64,000 bases of DNA from Octopus bimaculoides. Lineage: Eukaryota. The notes beneath the pieces were generated by a model. The model searched no databases and was not told the DNA's origin. It saw only the letters and a program-made list of their open reading frames with translations. Location: the NCBI RefSeq assembly GCF_001194135.2, contig NC_068990.1, positions 93,066,958-93,130,957 on the forward strand. Direction: 5' to 3'. The position numbers were made by a program, and so were the translations under genes. The first letter of the stretch is position 1. Each line of letters opens with the position of its first letter. Positions 1-12,931 of the stretch are shown piece after piece.

Positions 1-910
1 GTGTTTCGCGATTTCCAGGTTATCTTTCCTTCATATAATTCTAAGTCCTCGTCAAAGTGAATGCCAGGGTGCCGGTGTTTGGGGTTGTTGGTAAGACAAG
101 ACCATAGCAATCTATTGCTCTCTCTCTCCACTTTTGGCACAGGACTGTAGATTTTGGAAAGGATATCTTCAAGAGACCCATGTATATTATTGGTACTTTA
201 TATGTGATGAAAGACAGAACCAGCCAATTGCACAATTAAAACTCAAAATATAAAGGGCAGCGGGAAATACCACTAGGTATTTAGTAAAAGTCACCTGGTT
301 CCTATGGCGTCTAAGTGACAAGACACACAACATTCTTTCTCTGAATGGATGCGAGTGTGTCAAAGGGTTACCCATTCGCGGCTGAAGGCACTGGAGCAAT
401 GTAAAAAGGGGAGAGAGAGAAAGTGAGAGGGAGAGAAAGAGAGAGAAAGAAGGAATGAAAGAGTAAGAGAGAGGAGAGAGAGAGAGAGTCTTGGTGAAGG
501 ACACAATCCACTGCCTGGTCTTGGAATCTTGCAATCATGAGTGCCACAGCCTGACCATTGGGCCAGGGGCCTTCACCAGATATTTAGTCTGTTATTCTCC
601 TCTTTCTGCCATTCCATGACCTTCCCTCTAGACTGTTCCAATTGACACTATACTGTCTTTCGCTCACACTGATTGTGTTTGTGATCAAAGCAAAGACCAG
701 GACTGTCTTAGAGCACCGAGTGAAACCAAAATTTCCAGAAAGACTGTCGTTAATCTGAATCAGATTTGGCAAACAAAGAATTTTCCAAGACATTTGCAAT
801 GTTTTTTTTCTTCTCTCTTTTGCTTTGGTTTTCTTCTTTTTCTTTTTCATAAGTTTGTCTCCAGGAAGAAAACATCCTCTGAATAGCGCCATATCTAAAA
901 CAGAAACAAG

Positions 911-911
911 A

Positions 912-948
<37 letters not shown>

Positions 949-1240
949 AGAGATAGAGAGAGAGAGAGAGAGAGAGGAAAGAAAGGGAGAGAGAGGGAGA
1001 GGGAGAGAGAGAAAGTGAAAGAGAAAGATAGAAGGAGAGAAAGGGAGAGAAAGAAGGAGTGAGAGAGTAAGAGAGAGGGAGAGAAAGAGATAGGGAGAGA
1101 AAGCGAGTGAAAGAGGGAGAGAGAGAAAGTAAAAGAGAAAGAGAGAGGGAGAGCAAGAGAGAGAGAGAGAGAGAGAGAGTGAAAGAGAAAGTGGGAGAGA
1201 AAGAAAGAAAAAGTGGGAGAGAAAGAGAGATAGAGAGATT
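911..1240. repeat. (GA)-rich polypurine tract
   Basis: Directly visible. It produces the poly-Leu-Ser ORF. Confidence 0.95.
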
Positions 1241-1929
1241 AAAATCAGAGATTAGTTACCGTTATTGAAAAGTAGCAAAGTAAATAATGGAGAGACGTCT
1301 TTCCCTTTGGCATCGTTAGATTCCAAGGTTTTTTCCTTCTCCATTTCTACAGATAAACAATAGAAGAATACTTGTTGGGGAATGGTACCACAATTCAACA
1401 TATCGTAGAATAAGTCTGATTAATTTTATAGTGAGGAGCCAGAGGCTTTACTATTTAACCATTGTTTAAAAACCATCTCGGCTTTGTGTATCATTGTTGA
1501 ATGTGTGGGTGTGTATGTATGTGCGTGTTTTATGAGTGTACGAGTACTTGTGTGTGTGTGTGTGTGTGAATAAGTGAGAGAGAGGGAGAGAGAGAGAGAA
1601 GTGATAGAGTTATTTTCTCTCTGGAATACTGGTTTGCTTAAAAATAACAACATTATCCACTTAACAGTTTGAAGCAAAATTGTATGTTTAAGTTGAAGAC
1701 AACACACAGACACACACATGCATACACACAGACACACACACTTGCATACATATGTACTCATGCGCACATATGTCATCATCATCATCATTGTTAACATCCA
1801 CTTTTCCTTGCTGGTGTGGATCATACAGAATACAGAATTCATTGGGGGTAGATTTTCTACTCTGTCACCAACCCTCACCTGTTTCTGTATAAGGTAATAT
1901 TTACATATATGCATGTGTGTGTGTGTGTT

Positions 1930-2014
<85 letters not shown>

Positions 2015-2511
2015 AAATTGTGGTAGAGGCCTTGGTCTCAGAACCACTAATGTCTAGAAACTGAGGTTAGAGGTAAGCAAGGGCATGCTTCCCATAGAAA
2101 ATCCAGCTCCAAAAACCCTCTTGATAGCAAAGGAGAATAGGCACAAGCCAGCCCAAAGGATAGGGTGGGCTGCACCTGTTTACCTTGGTTGCTATGGCAT
2201 TGAGGTAGATCCAGCCACTCCTGTTAATGGGGACAAAACCCAGATTTAAAACACTGGATGATGATGGTGATGATATATATATATGTATATATATATGTCA
2301 TTAATTGCCTGAAATACAAAGTAGAAAAACAGCCGAGAACTGATGAAGGGCGGGTTTTTTATGTTACTTGTCTTGTTTTCATTTTTTTCTTTCGTTGTTC
2401 ACAAAAGTTTGTATTCCCTGTTTTCATATTTCATGTTGTTTACATTCTGTGGTGTCCTGTACCTATATATGCATGTGTATATATATGTATATGTATGTAC
2501 ATATGTATGTA

Positions 2512-2548
<37 letters not shown>

Positions 2549-3339
2549 ATACATATTCATGGCAGATACTGGTGTCAAGCAAATGGCACCCGTGTCAGTG
2601 GCACATAAAAGCACCCACTACACTCTTCATTTTGCCACTAGATATATTGTGTCATAGCAAGAGAACAAATCGGATGTGAACACAACTCTTTCTCATTATG
2701 GAAAACCCCATTCACTAGTTTTTTGCATGCGTCTGGGCCATTGTGAAATTTGACAAGTAAACTATCTTAGAGAGATTGTGGAATAGATCCAGGGATAAAG
2801 TGGACAGATGATGGTGTGGTACACGTAGCTTTGGTTATCTCTGATTTATTCATCACTGATGAATGGTATGCTCCATTATGAACCATGTTACACTTATCAT
2901 GGATTGGTCTGTAATAACCTGTATCAGTGACCAGTCATAGATTCTACTGGTACCAGAAAGATGCACCCCAGGAAACAACCCAATGCTCAGCTGTCGAGAA
3001 TGCACTCAGCAGCACTTGTGTTCACTCAACTGTACTGTGAGGCTGAGTATTTTTTACTCAGATTTTTGTAGTGATACTCATCAACACAGGGTTTCAGTGA
3101 ACAAGGGAACATATAAAGGTACCCAACCTTAGCAAATGATGCAGACAAGTGTATGTAAAAGGAAAGGTTGAAATGATGAAGAAAATATGTAACAGTGGGT
3201 CACAAGTTTCACTGTTGAGGGTCTCAAGTTTTGTGTCAACGAATCTACCACTTATTCCATTTACAAAGTACATCAAGGTGATTCATTTATCACTGATCTT
3301 TTCCTAACGAAACACCTGTGATAAGTGAGGATAGATGGA

Positions 3340-3790
3340 TAGAGGTATTAGAATATGGTGAGACAGTGATGTTGATCCAGAGATACTATGGAAAGGTACA
3401 ATATTATAAGGAGTTACTATACTATGTTATATTAAAATACCATATGATAGGGAGACAGTGGTATAAATCTAAGGATGCTATTGTCAGATAGAGGTGTAGT
3501 ATTAGTTATACTATAGCGAGATAATGATATAGATCAATAGATACAGTTAGTACAATAGTGCTGTAGTACTAGTTATAACGTGGTGAGATAGTAGTTTAGA
3601 CTTATAAATACTATTAGAAAGGTGGTGGTATAAATCCATTGATACTACTAAAAGATGGTGAGATAGAGTTGTTGATCCAGAGATATTAGAGTAAGATTGT
3701 CGAATAGATCCATGGATACTGTTTGTGAGAGAATGGTGTGGAGCTGTGGAGACAATCAGTGAGATTGTGTGGATCCATGGACATTAGAGT
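3340..3790. repeat. Degenerate minisatellite (about 35 bp)
   Basis: Recurrent GGTGAGATAGTG...GATCCA.AGATACTA units. Confidence 0.6.
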
Positions 3791-4392
3791 GGAATGTAGA
3801 GTGAAAGAGTTAACCAAAATAACTGCATTACTAATCAATAGCAGGAGGAGGAGACTAAGTGGGAATGTTGTAGCACAATCCAAAATATCAGTAGGGATGT
3901 CAGCATGACCTTGGTGAGGGAGATAATGGTTCAGTCTTTATATTTATATGATGTTGTCTTGTTCAAAACTAGACACAGGATCTCGTAACTGGATAGAATT
4001 ATAACATCTTACGAGTGATAATTATCATCACCATCACCATCGTCAACATCACCACTACCACCACCACCACCACCACCGCCACCACTGTCACTACCGCATC
4101 CGCTGCTGCCCCCGCCATTACCACTACTGCCACAACTGTCACTGCTTCCGCCACAACAACCACCACCACCACCACCACCACTGCCACTGCTGCCGCCACC
4201 ACCATTGATCTCATCCTTTATTGTAAATCCTGCACTGTTTCCTGTTTTCCTTTATATTCCACCCAGGTTCCGTCTGTTTGCACTGGAAAGTCCCAAAGAA
4301 TTGTGACATTTTCTCCCTCAGGTTGATGGCTATACCACTTCTCAACAGTTTTTGTTTTATAATACCAACATTCTAACTAGTATAGATATTGG

Positions 4393-4636
4393 CCAACTCT
4401 GTAGTGGTTAAGAGTGCGGGCTACTAACCCCAAGATTCCAAGTTTGATTCTAAGCAGTGACCTAAATAATAATAATAATAATGATAACATCGAAAAATAC
4501 CTTAGGAATGAGAATCCAGGTTCGAAATTTCCCCAAGACACCTGATGAAGGCTGGAGGATATATTAGCCAAAACGTGTTAACAACAAACAAGATGAGGAC
4601 AAATATCTGTCAAATGTAAATAATGTAAATAATGTA
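4393..4636 (+). mobile_element. tRNA-headed SINE-like element (family A) with (TAA)n linker and hammerhead-like tail
   Basis: Head has an A box (TAGTGGTTAAGA) and a B-box-like GTTTGATTC. It is followed by (TAA)n and a tail containing GACAC-CTGATGA-A-GGCTG...TAGCC-AAAAC-GTGTT. Homologous copies at 46742, 62845 and 17392. Confidence 0.8.
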
Positions 4637-4639
4637 TCA

Positions 4640-5425
4640 GCCAATTGTCCATGCACTTGTTTGCTTTGCCATTAATTTTCTTTTCTTCACAACAACAGTT
4701 TCTCTACTTCCCTGATTGCCATTCTGCTTGTGTATCGTACAGGAGACCAGCAGCAAATGTTTTGCAAATGAAAGTTTTTTTATATGACTCTCATGATTTT
4801 CAATGAATTTTAGCCTCTAGTTGTTAGTTGTTTCAAGATATTTGGCCAGTCCAGTTGTAGTGGTTTCATAAGAAAGTTCAAACTGGATCAAGCCTTGACC
4901 TCCTTGGGCTCACGGAAAATAAAGACGAGCCACATCTACCCTTGGGTGGTGCATCTTATTACAAGTTGGCAGCTTACGTATTTTTCTGTCACTTTTCTTT
5001 ACTTCACTGATATTCCAGTTCAACACATTGTTGCTATAAGTCACAACTATAACTGCTAAGGAATTTATACTTTACATCTTGTGACATGCATTCAGCTCAG
5101 ATTTCAGACCTGCTAATACTCTCCTGTAACATTCCTTCCTGATCTTCTCTTTCATGCTTGCATGCTGAATGCCAGAACCTTCATTTATTCTGAGGTATTT
5201 ATAGGTTTGTTCTTGCTCAAGTTCTTTTGTAACTGTGTCAACATCTAACATGACTGAATTTGAGGTTTTCAACTCACCTTTCTTGAAAGTGGTCTTGGCA
5301 CACTTGTTGAGACCAAACTCCATCCCAATGTCATCACTAAATGCTTTCACTGTATGTAATAGGCCTTCAAGCTCATCGTTGTCTTTGCCATAAGTAATCC
5401 ATATAAAATAAACGACTCATTTTCT
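4640..5425 (-). mobile_element. Decayed R4/Dong-like non-LTR retrotransposon, RT domain and thumb
   Basis: Translates to LFYMD(deletion)...FSDDIGMEFGLNKCAK...YKYL...KEKIRKECYRRVLAGLKSELN, then INSLAVIVVTY...MHHPRVDVARLYFP*AQGGQGLIQ. Contains stops and indels. Confidence 0.8.
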
Positions 5426-6564
5426 TTATGTCAGTTATATAACCTACCCTGTACTGTTAAGTCCTGTTATTATTATTATTATTACTATTGTTATTATTAT
5501 TATTATTAATATATAAAGGATTGAGGTGACTCCTCCAGAAGATATAGAATCAAAATTAAAAGAAAAGTGCCATTGTCATCTAATGAACGATATTTCAACA
5601 TCTTGTGTGTCTTCAACAGGTTCAAAAAATAATTTTGTCAATCTACTTCATTTTGGTTAATATAGAAAGGATTGAGGTAACTCCCCCAGGGTGCCATTGT
5701 CATTCACGCACTCTACAATCATGGAGACATCCTCAGTGATTGCAACAGGAACATCTGCAGCAATCACTCTGAAGACAGCAGCATCATTGTGGCAGATTGA
5801 CCTCAGCAACACTGCATTAGCCAATGAGTTCTCTTCTCAATACTGCAGAGTGTAATTGGAGGAAGTGTTGGCTGTTATTTCTGCTTTGAATAACGAAGAA
5901 GGACAGTCCAAGAGGTCAAGTGATCTAGAATTGTTTTGTTTACTTTCGTAGTCAATAGAAGTACCTGCTGTGTATTGGTGTCAGTCAATCTACTTAGACG
6001 CACATTATTACATAATTTGAAAAGAAAAACAGAAAAAAAAACATTATGGCTTTATACCAAGTAAACAGCAACCAGTGTTGTTGTTGTTGTTGTTGTTGTT
6101 AGAGGTGAGTAGAGGCCGTAATTATGAGAGAAATAAACAAATTATATAATAGATAGATAACCCAAGAAAAAAGAAATAAGTATAAGTAAGAAAAAAGATG
6201 ATCTGATGTGATAAAGTGATGAGTGAAGGAAGAGATATGTAAACAGATGGAATTGGAAAACGTCTAACAGTTATCTTGTGGTGCAGCGTGTGAGAGGATG
6301 GATTGTGTATTTTGTTAGCTGTGCAGGAATTTGGTCTTTGGTGGTGGTGGTTGGTCTTTGAGTGGTAGTAGTTTGTGAATGAGAGCAGGACAGGGAGAGA
6401 GTGAGTAAGTGGGTGAGTGAGTTGGGAGAGAAAGAGAGGGAGAGATAAAGTGTGTTGGTTAGCAGAAGATGAAACAGAGGAGGAGAGAGAGCAAAGTGAG
6501 AAGTTATATTTGCAGTTTATTTATAAACTTATAGATATGCATATACATATGTGTATGTATGAAT

Positions 6565-6602
<38 letters not shown>

Positions 6603-6624
6603 CTATATCTATATCTATGTCTAT

Positions 6625-6655
<31 letters not shown>

Positions 6656-6923
6656 TATATNNNNNNNNNNNNNNNNNNNNNNNNNNNNNNNNNNNNNNNN
6701 NNNNNNNNNTGAATATGATACTTAAGTTTCGGCACCAGAATTAAGTATGGTATTATCCATACAGTTTCAAAATAAGGTAATTAAAGTCAAAATAAGCAAC
6801 AAGGATATCCAACAAGGATTGTTCTGCATTTTACATTTGATGTAATGTTCACATTGCTTAAATAAATGGAGTCGCATGAAACAACTGTACTGCATTAACT
6901 TTGGATATCCTTGTTGCTTATTT

Positions 6924-6974
<51 letters not shown>

Positions 6975-7904
6975 GTATATACATATATATACACATGTAT
7001 ATACATATATATACATGTATATACAGACATGCCTTACATGCAGGTGTGGCTGTGTACTTGAGAAGTTTGCTTTTTAACCACATGCTCTCTCAGGTTCTGT
7101 TGCCCTGGACGCCATCTTAGGTGAGGGTCTTCTACAATAGACCTGAACTGACCAAAGCCTCATTGGTGAATTCGGTAGGTGGAGATGGAACTAAGAGAAG
7201 CTGGACAATCATATATGTATACAGTGTGTGTGCTTGTGTGTCTCCTTGACTTGATGTCCCGTAATGGTTGTAAATGTGCATCTCTGCCACACAAGAGATG
7301 TTGTTTCAAGTCTTGTGTGAAAAACATGTCCGACCTTGGCGACATTTAACCTTATCTGGAAACAGGTGAGGGTTGGTGAGAGGAAAGGCATCCGGCTGTA
7401 GAAAGCCTGCTTCAATGAATTCCACCTGACCCATACAAGTATGGAGAAGTGGAACGAAATCATGATGATAATGATAATGATGATGATGATTATGATGATA
7501 TACATATACGCGCGCACACACACACACACACACTCACGTGTCTGTTTCCCATATTGGCAGATTGTATATATATATATGTGTATCTACCAGTCTATCTGTC
7601 TTTCTACTAAGCAGCAGTCTGCTTATCCTCCTACTTATGTACCTTCATGCTTACCTATCTCCCTATCTACCTCTAGACCCATTTATTCATCCGACCACCC
7701 ACCTTAACCACCACCACCTACCAACCAACCTACCTGCCTGCCTGCTTCTTTGTCTGTCTGTCTGTCTGTTTCTCTGTCTCTCTCTGCCTATCTGCCTGTC
7801 TATATCTCTATCCATCTGCCTCTATTTTCCTACCTGTCTGTCTTGTCTTGTCTACTTTTGCCTGTCTGCGTATCTGCCTGTCTGTCTGCCAGTCTGCCTG
7901 TCTG

Positions 7905-8335
7905 TCAATCCAACTTCATTGGCAGCTGACTCCAGGTTTGTGAGGAGAGTTTCAGCAATTGTGATTGAATGTGAGACAGGTGCAAAGTCATCTGTGCAGT
8001 CAAGGTCATCAGTGACGTGCAATGACCTTGACCTTGGTGGGATGGAGAGGTATGCCAATTCCAGGTACCATAGTCATAGTCCAAGACTTTAAAGGAATAA
8101 GACAGGAGCTGAGATTCCCATCGCACAGGTCAGCCTGTCACTGTACGCTATTTCTATAACCCTGTGGGGGACATTCGGTCTTAGCGGTCAGTCCTGTGTG
8201 ACATATGCTTGTAAACTTATGCAGGGAACAGGACTGTTTTACAGTTGGAGTGCTCAATGTCATCTTGCAGAGCCTGGAGGGAACTTCGCTCTTAAATTGG
8301 AGTCAATGTCCACAAGTGATGTGGTATAGATTAAA
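7905..8335 (-). mobile_element. Decayed RTE-like LINE reverse transcriptase fragment
   Basis: PPRSRSLHVTDDLDCTDDFAPVSHSITIAETLLTNLESAANEVGL matches TDLDFADD...LE.AA..VGL. An upstream frame gives LKVLDY, consistent with the GDxLAPYLFIIVLDY motif. Confidence 0.7.
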
Positions 8336-8355
8336 AGAAGTTTATATGTCTGTGC

Positions 8356-8387
<32 letters not shown>

Positions 8388-8392
8388 TCTTT

Positions 8393-8752
8393 TTATTCTT
8401 TTATTTGTTTCAGTCATTTGACTGCAGCCATGCTGGAGCACTGCCTTTAGTTGAGCAAATTGACTCCCAGGACTTATTCTTTGTGAGCCTAGTACTTATT
8501 CTATCGGTCTCTTTTGCCAAACTGTTAAGTTACGGGGATGCAGACACACCAGCATTGTTTATCAAACAATGTTGGACACACACACACACGCCGGGCTTCT
8601 TTCAGTTTCCGTCTACCAAATCCACTCACAAGGCTTTGGTCGTCCCAAGGCTATAGTAAAAGACACTTGCTCAAGGTGTCAGGCAGTGGAACTGAACCTG
8701 GAACCATGTGGTTGGTAAGCAAGCTACTTACCACACAACCACACCTGTGCCT
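8393..8752 (-). mobile_element. Family B SINE, full length
   Basis: Reverse complement of B2, then (CA)n, then reverse complement of B1. Confidence 0.8.
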
Positions 8753-8754
8753 GT

Positions 8755-9148
8755 ACACCTGCCTATCTCTCTATTTCTGTCTGTTTGTCTCGCTGTCTTT
8801 CTTTCCCTGTCTCTATCTCTCTCTTTGTCTGCCTGCCTGCCTGTCTGTCTGCCTGCCTGTCTGCCTGCCTGCCTGTCTGCCTGCCTGCCTGTCTGCTTGT
8901 CTGTCTGTTGGTATGTGTATATGTCTCTATCTCTCTCTTTGTCTGCCTGCCTGCCTGTCTGTCTGCCTGCCTNNNNNNNNNNNNNNNNNNNNNNNNNNNN
9001 NNNNNNNNNNNNNNNNNNNNNNNNNNNNNNNNNNNNNNNNNNNNNNNNNNNNNCTGTCTCTATCTCTCTCTTTGTCTGCCTGCCTGCCTGTCTGTCTGCC
9101 TGCCTGTCTGCCTGCCTGCCTGCCTGTCTGTCTGCCTGCCTGTCTGCC
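8755..9148. repeat. (CTGY)n tetranucleotide/minisatellite array spanning a gap
   Basis: CTGC/CTGT units with a recurring CTGTCTCTATCTCTCTCTTTGT block. Similar array at 7730-7905. Confidence 0.9.
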
Positions 9149-10628
9149 ATATTTAATTGAATATAGACCTTGTTAAATTACTGGTATTTCTTTTATTTGC
9201 CCTAGAGACAAAGTTGCTGCCTTTGTCAGGAATTGAACTAAAAACTGATATGCTCAGGTCATCAACCTGGTTACACTCACTGTACAATTAAACACCACCA
9301 CCACCACCGCCATCAACTAACTACAGCAACACAACTTCCTTCACCACCACCACCACCACTACCACCATTACTACTGCCACTCCCCTCCCACCCTGGATAA
9401 ACCTCTAACACTTTAGATAATCTTCACTAAAGCTAGATGACTTACATAATTATATTATTAATAATTACATTTCACTCATCTCTCTCCCTCTCTCTCATTC
9501 ACTCTCTTTCTCTCTTCTTCCCCCCTCTCTCTCTCTCTCACTCACTCACTTTCTCTCTTCTTCCTCTCTCTCATTGGTCCCCTCTCTCCCCTCTCTTTCC
9601 CCATCTGTCAGTTAATATTCCTTCTATTAATATTTTCTGTCATTAATATTCTCATAACTTAATACATTATAAATTAGAAAATTCATTATGCTTAATCAAC
9701 AATTTAATAATTATTGCAATTTCCTATTTAGTTTGGTCTGTCTTCACCAATCCAGCTATCTACACTTGTTTAACCTTTAAGTGGCTCTAATTAATTTTTC
9801 ATCATGTCACTGTGGCCATAAACAAAGAATAAAAATTAATATTTTAATATTGAAATTTCAAAATTTTAAAAATGTTTATAACAATTAGCATCTCTTATTG
9901 GTAACTTTCTGCTTTCCACGTTTTGGATATTTTCGGTAAGACCCTTACTGACGGCTCTTACTTCCGTTCGTCAGGGTGTTTCCCGTGAGTCCCTTATTGA
10001 CAACTCTTTCTTCTGTCCCTTTCTATATTTTTGGTCAATCACATTTGAAAGATTCCCACTTCTGTCCTGTCATCATCATCATTTAACATCCACTTTTCCA
10101 TGCCTGCATGGGTTAGAGAGATTTAGTTGCTGCAGATTTTTAAACTGCCAGATACCCTCACCTGTTTTCCCTTGGCCAGACATATTTCTCAATGAACAAC
10201 ACTGCCTGCTTGTATGATGGTGATGCTCGTTTAAAGCCATCACGTAGTGTCAAAACAAGGCTACACATGAATACACACACACACAACCAATGTGCCTCTT
10301 TCAGTTTCTATTTTCCAAATCCACTCCCAAGGTTTTGGTCAGCCCAGAGCGATAGCAGAGGACACTTCAAATTCTGCCGAGGTTGACTTTGCCTTTCATC
10401 CTTTCGGGGTCGATAAATTAGGTCCCAGTTGCATACTGGGGTCAATCTAATCGACTGGCACCCTCCCCAATAATTTCGGGCCTTGTGCCTAGAGTAGAAA
10501 AAATAATACACTTGTCTTCATTTCAATTGATTTTTTTTAATAATGAAGAAATGAATAAAATAATTTTGTCATTTCGTTTTTGGATTTGGTTTGCACGATT
10601 CTTTATGTGAGTTTGTGTGTTGAAACAT

Positions 10629-10845
10629 ATTTTGTTGTGTCTGAGAAGAGTCATTCTCTTTTGGTGCCTTATTATTTAACATACTCACCGGTTCGATTTC
10701 CTCTTATTTCTTTTTTATTTCCCTAAAATTTTCATTGTGTCTTGCAACTTTTTCAGTAAAAAAGAAATAAGTGGAAATTTTACCGATGAGTGTGTTAAAT
10801 TATAAGGCATCAAAAGAGAATGACTCTCGCCAGACACAACAGAAT
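10629..10845. repeat. Inverted repeat, arms of about 88 bp, spacer about 40 bp
   Basis: TTGTTGTGTCTG..AGAGTCATTCTCTTTTGGTGCCTTA.TATTTAACATACTCACCGGT is matched in reverse by 10757-10845. Confidence 0.8.
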
Positions 10846-12845
10846 TTTGTCATTATTAAGCAAATATTTGGAACACGAATTAATATGAAATCTTGATGCC
10901 AAGATTTTATTTAGGTCATTGTAAAACGAATTTTTCCTCATGGAACTAGGAGTTTTCTCAACTGAGTTGGTATCAGCAGGGTTAAACAGTTCCCTGGGGT
11001 CCTTATTAGTTTCTTTCTCCGCCTCCACCACCACCAACAGCAACAATAACAATCTCTGTTCAATGGACATACAGCTATCAGGTGTCATATTTATTATGGA
11101 GTATGTGACATTTTCTTTTAGGTTTTTAGTGTTTAGTGTTATAGAATTTAGGCCTGTAACATTCCAGTTTAGTACTAAAGAACCAAATATATTATGTCTG
11201 ACACCTATAACTGACACACATATTATGGCAATGTATTAATGGCATAGATAAAATTCTTGCTATTGCAATCAATTTAAATATTCTGTTTTGTTTTCCCATT
11301 TTTATTCAAGATATTAATTTTATTTACGTTTGCGCAGCTTCACACCAAGTTTCATTTCAGTTGATGCCCAAACGCTTCTGGTGTTGTATGGCTTCTGCAT
11401 TATCTCAATTTGAATCTCCTACTCAACTTACCATTCCATCTCGTTGTTTTGTCATCTTGTCATTTCTTCAGAGGCATCCGAATGCTTTTAATTTAAAATT
11501 TGATAATCTCAAAGACTTTCTTTCTTTAATTCTGCCATAGAAAGCATTTGTTGTTGTGGCCTCAGCTTTAGCTGACACAGTCTGGATGTCGCTTTACTTG
11601 TTTCACTTACTGGACTGCGGCCATGCTGCAGCACCTTCTTCAAGGGCTTACTTGAACAAATCGACCCCAGTACCTTTTTTTTGAAGTCTGGTATTTATTC
11701 TGCCAGTCTTCTTTGCTGAACTACTAAGTCACGGAGATGTAAACATAGCAACACTGGTTGTCAAGTGGTGGTCGTGGTAGTGATGGGAACAAACACACAC
11801 ACACACACATACAGCCACACACAGAGTCACACACACACACACATACTCATACACAATGTCACACACAGTGTCACACACACACACACATACACACGCTCAC
11901 ACACACACACGTTTCACTCATGCTAGCATTTGAAAACTGGATGTAAAACCTTTTTCTTCAATGTGTATCTTCATCCACTTCTATATTGTTACTGCATGTT
12001 GCCCTGTAGAAGATTTGAAGATAGTTTTTTTATTTACTCATGTATAACTCAATGTTTTAACACCTGCTTTTACCTGATAAAGCTGAGGTGTGACTTATAA
12101 ATGGGGCAAAGCTAAAACTATAAAAGAAAAACAAAATTTGTACCAAGATTTAATTCTGAAATAGGGATATGAATTATACACAAGCAAATGCGATAATTTG
12201 GAGAGAAGCATTTTCTTCCAGCATTCTAACTTTTAAATCTGTTGCTTAAAACGGATATTTATTGTTTCAAGCATTCATATGTTTGTTGTTATGTTTGTAA
12301 TTTATTTACATATACTTACCACACGGGATGTGTATCTTTTTCTTTTACTTTCCTCATTGGATTTATCTCTTGTCATCAGGGTTATCTTAGTTGCTTCGCT
12401 ACGTAGAGTGTCTTGTGGAATGTGCTCAAATTCCAGCAGCACTACTGGCTTGATCCCAACATATTTCAAAGGCAATTAATATATACATTATTACTGTGGT
12501 TATAATATCTCGTACCTTACTTCTCCACTTTCTCTTTTCAATGTCATATCTAGTAATATGTACACTATTTCTATAGATCTAATTAAATAGATCTAATTAA
12601 ATACATAATTACCGTCGCTGTACAGTATAGACATTATCACTATAGATATAAGATTTGATAATATATGCATTATTACCGTGGCTATGCTGGCGTGGCCAAT
12701 GACAAAACCACCTGATTGGCACTCGTGCCAGTGGAATGTTAAAAGCACATCTGAGCGTGATTGTTGCCAGTGTTGCCTTACTGGCAACAACATATGTCTA
12801 TCTATCTATCTATCTATCTATCTATATCTATATCTATATATATAA

Positions 12846-12931
<86 letters not shown>

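Noticed and set aside
5650-5990. About 110-codon minus-strand frame with IDYE and VNDN motifs suggesting a cadherin repeat
   Set aside because: It has an internal stop, the motif spacing is far too long for an EC domain, it lacks the AxDxG motif, and its end is a locally duplicated repeat.
9935-9990. Minus-strand CUGACGA-ACGG(loop)CCGU followed by CAGUAAGGGU
   Set aside because: There is no GAAA after stem II. At best it is a dead remnant and cannot be supported as a ribozyme.
12320-12470. Strong minus-strand donor (G|gtaagta) after an open frame KYVGIKPVVLLEFEHIPQDTLR...RYTSRV
   Set aside because: There is no credible in-frame acceptor and no recognisable family.
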